Origin: Cyanobacteria bacterium auto_48_18
GTDB taxonomy: Bacteria; Cyanobacteriota; Vampirovibrionia; Obscuribacterales; Obscuribacteraceae
DNA: 64,000 nucleotides
Direction: 5' to 3'
Assembly: GCA_036170915.1 (NCBI GenBank)
Contig: JAVHQC010000026.1
Span: 79,404-143,403 of the forward strand
Position 1 is the stretch's first letter, and each line of letters begins with the position of its first letter. The position numbers were made by a program, and so were the translations under genes. The notes under the pieces were generated by a model. It saw only the letters and a program-made list of their open reading frames with translations, ran no database searches and was not told the DNA's origin. Below are positions 57,183 to 64,000 of the stretch, in pieces.

Positions 57183-59282
57183 TTGAGAGATGAAGAATCA
57201 TCGCGAACAGATGCACCCGCGAGCCGCGAGGCGAACGGCAAGCCTCTTTCTTCGGCGGGCCAAAGCGCTCAAGCCGAAATTTCTCAAATGGAAGTTTCGC
57301 AATCAAATATGAGCCAGTATGGTCTTATAGCCGAGCGCTGGGAGTTGCTTGAGCATATCGGCGAAGGCGGCATGAGCGATGTGTTTAAAGCGCGTCATGT
57401 GCTGATGAACAAAATTGGTGCCGTCAAATTTCTCAAAGGAAACCTGTCGACAGACCCGGTGGCTGTAAAAAGATTTCAGCAAGAGGCTCTTGCTTGCGGG
57501 CAGTTGGCCCATCCCAATATTGTTCAAACTTACGACTGTGGTCTTTCTGAAAAAGGTTTCTACCTCATTCTCGAATATTTGGAAGGCACAAGTCTGGCAG
57601 ATATTCTTGATGATCTCTCTTTGCATGCTGAAGACGGGCGAGGCAAACTTTCACTGGAAGATGCAGTGCCAATTTTCATGCAAGTCTGCGACAGTCTTGA
57701 ACACGCGCACCGCAGGGGCATTGTGCACCGTGATATCAAGCCCAGCAACGTTATGCTGGCTTATGCCGAGGGTCACCCAGAAAATACTGTAGTTAAAATT
57801 GTAGATTTCGGCATTGCTAAGTTAGTGGGCCAGGGCAGCTCCGGCACTTCAGATGGCAGTTTAACTCTCACTGGTGAAGTTTTCGGTAGCCCGCTCTATA
57901 TGAGCCCAGAGCAGTGTCTCGGCCGATCTGTTGACGGCCGTTCTGATATTTATTCAATCGGTTGCCTGATGTATGAGGCTTTGGTGGGCAGGAGGGCCAT
58001 TCTTGGTAATAGTCCAACTGAGACCATGATGAAGCATGTGCACGATCTGCCAGACATCAGCGGCCTCAGGCAACTAAGCGATCCAGCGGCCGAGGGCATG
58101 GAAGAAATCATCGCCATGTGTTTGGAGAAAGATCCGGAGAATCGCTATCAAACTATGGCGGAGCTAAAAGCAGATTTAGACGCCCTGCCCCTTGCCAGCA
58201 AAATCGTGCCGGAGCCGCCAAAGCAACCATATGGTGCTAGCTCGCTCTTTGTCTTTAGCATGTCTGTTTTAGCTGTTCTAGTGACCACAATTATGGGTTT
58301 GGCCATTTACTATTTGCTGCCCTTCAATGAGTCTCAAGCGGCCAATGAAAGCATGGCTACGCCTCTTGTACCTCCTCCGTCTGAGGCCGAGAAGCGATTG
58401 ACGATCAACAAAAATACCGGCCAGGTGGCGCCACCAGATCAGCACGATAGCTTCATCGGTATCGCTTCATCAGTGGCCAATGTTGACGCTCTGCGTTTGT
58501 ATAAGCGAGAAATGGAAGCAGGCTACGCCAATTTTGTCGCCGGAAGATTTCTTGCATCAAGCAAAAATTATCAGGAAGCCAAGAGTGGTATCACTAAACA
58601 ACACCCAGAGCGCAAAGACTTAGCGGCCAAGGCGACCCTGGGCTATGTACGCTCAGCTTTCTTTGCCCACCTTGATCCTGCCTATGCCGGTCAGATTAAT
58701 CTGGAAGATTTAGAGTATAAACTAGCAAGCTTGTTACGTGAGGCGCCTGACGACGACTCTATGAAAATTTCAGAAGAAGACTTGACCGATATCAATGAGT
58801 GGAAAGCACGCATCCAGTTTTCGCAGAGAAATTATAATGGTGCCCTTGGCTCAATTGATGAAATGATGGTGCACGATAAAAGAGAAAATTTAGATAGTGC
58901 ACGGTGGCTCGCTTGTGAAGCCGATCTTAAGCGTCTCTTTAGCACCAGTGGTGATGGCAGAGACGAGTCTGTTCCCCTTTTTCAGAAAGCACTTGAACTG
59001 TTAAACAAATTCAAATGCGATGATCAAAAACTACTTGGTGATATCAATTATCGATTGGGTTTGAGTTATCTTGAGCTAAATCCTAAAGATTATGCCGCCG
59101 CCGCACAGGTCTTTAGGGCCGCTGCAGACTATTACACTCGGGCTGCGGCTAAAGCAATTACAAGTGACGATGTTACATTACTCGAGCAGAAAGCTAAAAA
59201 TGCCAGGCGAAAAGTTTTTGAGACCACCAAAGAGTTTGATAGTTTTAGCGCACTATTTTACAAAGTGCAGAATGGTGTCTGA
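57183..59282 (+). CDS. Membrane Ser/Thr kinase with C-terminal TPR-like sensor
   Basis: GEGGMSDVF, GAVK, HRDIKPSN, DFG, GSPLYMSPEQ and a TM helix. Start uncertain. Confidence 0.9.
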   Translation: MRDEESSRTDAPASREANGKPLSSAGQSAQAEISQMEVSQSNMSQYGLIAERWELLEHIGEGGMSDVFKARHVLMNKIGAVKFLKGNLSTDPVAVKRFQQEALACGQLAHPNIVQTYDCGLSEKGFYLILEYLEGTSLADILDDLSLHAEDGRGKLSLEDAVPIFMQVCDSLEHAHRRGIVHRDIKPSNVMLAYAEGHPENTVVKIVDFGIAKLVGQGSSGTSDGSLTLTGEVFGSPLYMSPEQCLGRSVDGRSDIYSIGCLMYEALVGRRAILGNSPTETMMKHVHDLPDISGLRQLSDPAAEGMEEIIAMCLEKDPENRYQTMAELKADLDALPLASKIVPEPPKQPYGASSLFVFSMSVLAVLVTTIMGLAIYYLLPFNESQAANESMATPLVPPPSEAEKRLTINKNTGQVAPPDQHDSFIGIASSVANVDALRLYKREMEAGYANFVAGRFLASSKNYQEAKSGITKQHPERKDLAAKATLGYVRSAFFAHLDPAYAGQINLEDLEYKLASLLREAPDDDSMKISEEDLTDINEWKARIQFSQRNYNGALGSIDEMMVHDKRENLDSARWLACEADLKRLFSTSGDGRDESVPLFQKALELLNKFKCDDQKLLGDINYRLGLSYLELNPKDYAAAAQVFRAAADYYTRAAAKAITSDDVTLLEQKAKNARRKVFETTKEFDSFSALFYKVQNGV

Positions 59283-59328
59283 GAAAAGTGTCTGAGAAAA
59301 TTAGAGAAGCAATAAGGGAAATTAACGT

Positions 59329-61323
59329 ATGAGTCCAAGTGCAAAAAATCCCAAACCGACGAAAGACACTTCACTTTTTGGTGGCGGTGAGAGTCTTGTT
59401 GGTAAAACCATCGATCGCTTTGATATTCAAGAACAGTTGGGAGAGGGCAGTCTGAGCGTAGTCTATCGTGCTCACGATAAACAGTCACGCGGTTCTGTTG
59501 TGATTAAGATTATCCACAAACAATTGCTCTCCAGTATCAAAAATTTGAAGAAGCTTGAGCAAAAGTTGCGAGTTCTGATTACTCTCGATAATCCGCATAT
59601 TTGCTCCTATCGCGACGTGGTCATTGTCGAAGGTCGCGTAATTTTAGTATTGAAACCAATGGTTTTTGAAAGCCTTGAAGATTTGCTTTCTAAGACTGGT
59701 CACATTGGTCCAGATAGAGCGGTGAGTATTTTCAGCCAGGTCTGCCAGGGTTTAGAAGCTGCTCTCAAGCTCGATATTCTTCACCGCGATATTAAACCCA
59801 GCAACATTCTCATTCTCGATAATCAAAAATTTGCCGACGATATTATGGTGATGGATTTTGGTATCGCCAAAATTATTCAAGATGAAAGTGCCGAGCACAG
59901 AACAGATCAGTACATGACCCGCAGCAAAGAAACTTTCGGTAGTCCACTTTATTTGAGCCCTGAGCAGTGTGCCGGTAAGAAAATAGACAACCGTTCTGAT
60001 ATTTATTCACTTGGTTGCGTCATTTACGAATCGCTCACAGGCAAGCCGCCCTTTGTGGGCAAGAACGTGCTTGAGACTGCCTACAAACATATGAATGATA
60101 CGCCGCGGCCGCTTGGACTCGATCCTTCTATGGAGCCTGTAGCAACGCGCTTTGAAGAAGTGGTGGCAAAATGTTTGGCTAAAGATCCCGACAACCGCTA
60201 TCAAGTTCCAGAACAGCTCTATCATGATCTGGAGTTGCTTTTGTCGGCCACTGATACAGAGTGGGCTAATTCAGCCAATGTTTATAAAGAGATGGCTCCG
60301 CGTAAAAAACGTAGCCAACCTGGGGCAAAAGGTGGAAGCAGGCGCTTTTCAGTAGAGTCGGCAATCTGGATTGCCGGAATATTTTTACTCGTGGGCGTAG
60401 TGGCATTCTGGTCGTGGATTATTCTCAAACCGGAAAGTAAGAAGTATGCTCGCTTTGACGATAATCTTTTATGGAACGTAAAACTGCAAGGCAAACCGAC
60501 TCCGGTTGAAGATTTTGGCAACAAAGAAGAGGCTGCTAAAGTCAATTTGCAGAGTATCGAACGTGATATCGGCGTCAATTGCCGTGAGTATGCTGATGCT
60601 CTTTTGGCCCTTGTCACGCTATATCACGAGTCGCAACACTGGAGTGATGCTCTTGCCTATGGTAAAAAGCTCACTGCTGCTACCGAAAAACTAGAGAAAG
60701 ATGGCCAGGAAGGCCCATGCCAGCTCAGTGAATGTTACAGGTTGGTGGCATATTCAGCTTTCAGCGGCAACGCCAATGAAGAAGCTGTACCCGCCGCAGA
60801 AAAGTCGCTAGAACTGGCTGCGGGTAAACAAACTCTGAGTACATCGAATATTCAATGCTTGCGTATTCTTGGTGATATCTATTCGCGTCAGAACAATCTT
60901 ATTAAAGCAATTGAAATTTATAAGCGCTTTTATAATCTGGCAGATATAGAAAAAGAGCAGCATTCATCGTTCTACTGGGATGCTTCCTCTAAATTGGCTG
61001 ATGTACTGCGTCGCGATGGCCAGCTGAAAGACGCCCTACGCTATTACAAGCAAGGCATCGACTGGTGGAAAGCGCACGGAAATCCGGATACTCCCTGGGC
61101 ACCAAAAGCGTTTTATGGCTATGCTCTGACGCTTTATGCCGCTGGCCAATATAAAGATGCTGAACTGATCCTCAAGGAAGCCACTTCGCTGTGCAAGAAA
61201 ATCACCAATTCTGATCCGGCGTTAGCAGGGGCAGTTCGGAAACTCTATATTGATACTCTTTATCACACCAATATGCTTCACGCGCTGTCAGTGCAGTTGG
61301 GTGAAGGCGAGGATAAGCACTAA
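59329..61323 (+). CDS. Membrane Ser/Thr kinase (degenerate N-lobe) with C-terminal TPR-like sensor
   Basis: GEGSLSVVY, VVIK, HRDIKPSN, DFG, GSPLYLSPEQ; TM IWIAGIFLLVGVVAFW. Confidence 0.88.
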   Translation: MSPSAKNPKPTKDTSLFGGGESLVGKTIDRFDIQEQLGEGSLSVVYRAHDKQSRGSVVIKIIHKQLLSSIKNLKKLEQKLRVLITLDNPHICSYRDVVIVEGRVILVLKPMVFESLEDLLSKTGHIGPDRAVSIFSQVCQGLEAALKLDILHRDIKPSNILILDNQKFADDIMVMDFGIAKIIQDESAEHRTDQYMTRSKETFGSPLYLSPEQCAGKKIDNRSDIYSLGCVIYESLTGKPPFVGKNVLETAYKHMNDTPRPLGLDPSMEPVATRFEEVVAKCLAKDPDNRYQVPEQLYHDLELLLSATDTEWANSANVYKEMAPRKKRSQPGAKGGSRRFSVESAIWIAGIFLLVGVVAFWSWIILKPESKKYARFDDNLLWNVKLQGKPTPVEDFGNKEEAAKVNLQSIERDIGVNCREYADALLALVTLYHESQHWSDALAYGKKLTAATEKLEKDGQEGPCQLSECYRLVAYSAFSGNANEEAVPAAEKSLELAAGKQTLSTSNIQCLRILGDIYSRQNNLIKAIEIYKRFYNLADIEKEQHSSFYWDASSKLADVLRRDGQLKDALRYYKQGIDWWKAHGNPDTPWAPKAFYGYALTLYAAGQYKDAELILKEATSLCKKITNSDPALAGAVRKLYIDTLYHTNMLHALSVQLGEGEDKH

Positions 61324-61364
61324 AATTTGAGCTGCCTTCCACCCGGGGGGTGAGAAACAATGGT

Positions 61365-61409
61365 GCCGATTCGCAGAGAAATTTTGCGCAAATTTCTCTG
61401 CAAATCGGC
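61365..61409. terminator. Long hairpin between convergent genes
   Basis: gccgatt-c-gcagagaaattt / tgcgc loop / aaatttctctgc-a-aatcggc (7+12 bp). Confidence 0.6.
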
Positions 61410-61462
61410 GGCTTCAAAAAAGAGACCCCGGCCCGACAAAAACAAAGCACCAGACTAAATGA

Positions 61463-62569
61463 CTACTTAATGCGAGTCAGTTTGTTCACGCCTTCTTGGG
61501 CAATTTTCGAATTAGGCTTGATTTCAACCGCCTTCTGGTATTCCAATAAGGCTGGTGCGTTTTGACCTTGCTTCTCTAAAAACTGTGCATACTCTACGTG
61601 GGCATTAACATCACGGGGTGAGTTTTTCAAAGCTGTTTTAAACTCGGTTTCGGCCTGCTGATTGTCACCCATGCCAGCAAGTGCTGTAGCCAATCTTCTT
61701 CTTGCCGGACCAAATCTGGGGTCGATTTTTAAAGCCTTTCTCTGCTCTGCTGCAGCACCTTTAAAGTCGCCTTGTCTCTCCAATGTCCAACCGAGTCCGC
61801 TTAAGGCGTTAGGATGATTAGGCACCAGCCTCAGTGCGTCTTTAAAAGCCTGCATTGCTTGCTGATTGTCGTTTGATTCCACATAAATATTGCCGAGGTT
61901 GATGTAGGCCTCGGGCAATTTATTGTTGAGCGTAATTGCTTCTTGCTCTTCTTTGATTGCTTGCGCATATTGATTATCTTGAGCGTAGAGCACTCCCATG
62001 TTTAAGTGCGGAGTGGCATCTTTAGGGTTGATTTCGGCAGCCTTCTTGTAAGCGGCAATAGCCTCGGCGACGCGGCCTTCATGTGTGTAAGCGAAGCCCA
62101 GATCGCAATGAGCGCGGAAACTGGTTGGTTTTAAGCGGCATGCTTCTTCGAACTCAGGCACAGCTAAATCGACTCTACCCTGATTGGCGTAGACCTGGCC
62201 AAGCACCACATGTGGTAGGAAATATTTGGGATCGAGCTTGATTGCTTGTTTCGATTCTAGAATCGAAGTGTCGTAATCTTCAAGTGCAGCAAGCACGGCA
62301 CCAAGGCGTTGGTGCGCTTTTGGATTAGTTGGCTCCAGTCTGATTGCTTCTCTAAAGGCGTCGGCTGCTTCTTTCATTTTCTTTGGTGCTTGCGCACCTT
62401 GAGCGTACAAAGACTCAGCTTTTTTCATAGCCTCTGAATCTTCGCCGTCAGCCATGGCCGGCAGATTAGCAGCGCCGAAATTAAGACCGAGGGCGCAAAT
62501 TGCAGCACTCATCAGAGTAGTCTTTAAGGCCGTGCGGCTAGATTGGAAAGTCAATTTCTTATTCCTCAT
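61463..62569 (-). CDS. Exported multi-TPR protein
   Basis: Signal peptide; many canonical 34-aa TPRs (AHQRLGAVL, AYINLGNIY). Confidence 0.9.
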   Translation of the reverse strand: MRNKKLTFQSSRTALKTTLMSAAICALGLNFGAANLPAMADGEDSEAMKKAESLYAQGAQAPKKMKEAADAFREAIRLEPTNPKAHQRLGAVLAALEDYDTSILESKQAIKLDPKYFLPHVVLGQVYANQGRVDLAVPEFEEACRLKPTSFRAHCDLGFAYTHEGRVAEAIAAYKKAAEINPKDATPHLNMGVLYAQDNQYAQAIKEEQEAITLNNKLPEAYINLGNIYVESNDNQQAMQAFKDALRLVPNHPNALSGLGWTLERQGDFKGAAAEQRKALKIDPRFGPARRRLATALAGMGDNQQAETEFKTALKNSPRDVNAHVEYAQFLEKQGQNAPALLEYQKAVEIKPNSKIAQEGVNKLTRIK

Positions 62570-62584
62570 TATGATGGTCAGATT

Positions 62585-63283
62585 CTAGTAGGCAGCTTTG
62601 GCGGGTTCAACACCCTTAACCAGTTCAACACCAGCGGATGTACCAAGTCTGGTGGCACCGGCATCAATTAGAGATTGTGCTTTGGCAGCATCGCGAATTC
62701 CGGCACTAGCTTTGATACCAAGTTTGGCACCGCCAAGTGCCTTTTTGATCAGTTCAATATCGGCTACAGTAGCCCCTTTACCGTCTTTGACAAAGCCGGT
62801 GGAAGTTTTTACCATTGCTGCACCAGCTTTGACACAGCATTCTGTAGCAATTACTTTTTCGTCGTCAGAAAGTAAATCGCATTCGATAATCACTTTGACC
62901 GGATTATCTTTTGCCGCTTTGACTACAGCTTTAATCTCTTCAGTGACAAAATCAACATCGCCAGATTTGAGAGCGCCGACGTTAATGACCATGTCGATTT
63001 CCTCTGCGCCTTCTGAAATTGCTCTCTGGGTTTCAGCAATTTTGATATCGGTTAAATTGGCACCAAGAGGAAAACCAATCACTGTAGCCACAGCTACTTT
63101 TGACGAAGACAGCTCTTTTACAGCTTGCCTGACAAAAGAAGGGTTGACGCAGACAGCATAAAAATTATGTTCTATGGCTTCCTGACAGAGTTTGCTCACG
63201 TCGGCTTTGGTGGCCTGAGGAGTCAGAAGTGTGTGGTCCACATACTTGGCAAAGTCAGTTTCAGGTCCGCTCTTATTGCTCAT
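62585..63283 (-). CDS. deoC: Deoxyribose-phosphate aldolase
   Basis: DHTLL, VIGFPLG, EIDMVIN, KVIIE, VKTSTGF, KASAGIR, RLGTS. ATG 63283 preferred because the track ATG 63313 overlaps a TATAAT box. Confidence 0.96.
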   Translation of the reverse strand: MSNKSGPETDFAKYVDHTLLTPQATKADVSKLCQEAIEHNFYAVCVNPSFVRQAVKELSSSKVAVATVIGFPLGANLTDIKIAETQRAISEGAEEIDMVINVGALKSGDVDFVTEEIKAVVKAAKDNPVKVIIECDLLSDDEKVIATECCVKAGAAMVKTSTGFVKDGKGATVADIELIKKALGGAKLGIKASAGIRDAAKAQSLIDAGATRLGTSAGVELVKGVEPAKAAY

Positions 63284-63343
63284 TTTACTCTCGCTCTTGC
63301 CTAAAGATGGCATTATAGCCGCCTCTGAGGCTGCTTTTAAACC

Positions 63344-64000
63344 TTACTGAAATCTAACGGTGCGGGCGGCACTGCTTGAACTGGTAGATTCCCAGTAAGC
63401 AATGCTCTGGTGGTATTCCTGCAAGCTTTTCACACCCAGAGACCCTGATTGCAAGGCGCCTATGGCGCTGATTGTTGCCCAGGCTCCTGACATGGTGGTG
63501 ACCACCGGTACGTTGTAGTTAATAGCTGCTCGTCTTATGAGCTGGTCATCGCCCCGAGCTGTGCGGCCTGAGGGAATATTTAGAACCAGCTGAATCTCGC
63601 CGTTTTTGATGCGGTCAATTAAGTTAGGGCGACCTTCAGATACCTTGTTAGTGATCATTGCCGGAATACCAGCGGCTTTGAGCACCTGGGCCGTGCCGCG
63701 GGTGGCGATTAGTTCAAAACCAAGCTGGTGGAGATTTTGCGCTACTGCTACCGATTCTTGCTTATGACCATCAGAGACGCTTATAAAGATGCGCCCCTTA
63801 GTGGGTATTTCTTGACCGGCGGCGATCTGGGCTTTGGCAAAAGCCAGGCCAAATTGCGAAGCAATGCCCATTACTTCGCCTGTGGAGCGCATCTCAGGGC
63901 CGAGTGAGATTTCTGCGCCGGCAAAACGCTTAAAGGGAATAACTACGCTTTTCACTGAAACGTGAGGCGGCAAGAGCCTTGGTGCGATACCGAGTTCAGA
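63344..64000 (-). CDS. carB: Carbamoyl-phosphate synthase large subunit, 3' part (MGS domain), truncated by window edge
   Basis: LGPEMRSTGEVMG, AFAKAQ, ATRGT, KVSEGRPN, IRRAA; frame open to 64000. Confidence 0.95.
   Translation of the reverse strand, partial: SELGIAPRLLPPHVSVKSVVIPFKRFAGAEISLGPEMRSTGEVMGIASQFGLAFAKAQIAAGQEIPTKGRIFISVSDGHKQESVAVAQNLHQLGFELIATRGTAQVLKAAGIPAMITNKVSEGRPNLIDRIKNGEIQLVLNIPSGRTARGDDQLIRRAAINYNVPVVTTMSGAWATISAIGALQSGSLGVKSLQEYHQSIAYWESTSSSSAARTVRFQ

Noticed and set aside
59275..59300. 13-bp tandem duplication gtgtctgagaaaa across a stop codon
   Set aside because: Looks like a simple slippage duplication; no element lies between the copies.

Overview
This 64-kb window is gene-dense bacterial chromosome. 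I recognised no rRNA, tRNA, CRISPR array, transposase, integrase or prophage gene. The gene content suggests a non-photosynthetic cyanobacterial relative (Melainabacteria/Vampirovibrionia, Obscuribacterales-like); this is inference only, based on a long-N-terminus HflX, CtpA, NurA, MurT, futalosine-pathway mqnE and UbiD-type decarboxylase, no photosynthesis genes, and many kinases and TPR proteins. Housekeeping genes include dprA, tatD, glcD-like, sulP, hflX, rdgB, rel/spoT, ilvE, RNase HI, alaS, NAD kinase, murT, deoC and the 3' end of carB. They are interleaved with eight Hanks-type kinases and many secreted low-complexity or TPR proteins. Four items stand out. (1) An unannotated ~680-bp interval (37550-38227) appears to encode a ~400-530-nt multi-domain structured RNA, closed by a long-range G-U-containing helix, with promoter, terminator and an embedded 32-aa hydrophobic ORF. 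(2) A translationally coupled B-A-B-A array of membrane/PH-like kinases has rewired catalytic motifs (HRDxT[PA]DN and GKQxY in all four; DFD and alphaC-Asp in B-type), suggesting kinase/pseudokinase pairs. (3) A receptor kinase is apparently split into a soluble kinase plus a 1308-aa disordered membrane-anchored protein, next to its intact paralogue. (4) A ctpA operon carries two secreted prion-like proteins sharing a C-terminal motif. All base pairings and motifs were read by eye; no folding or database search was run.
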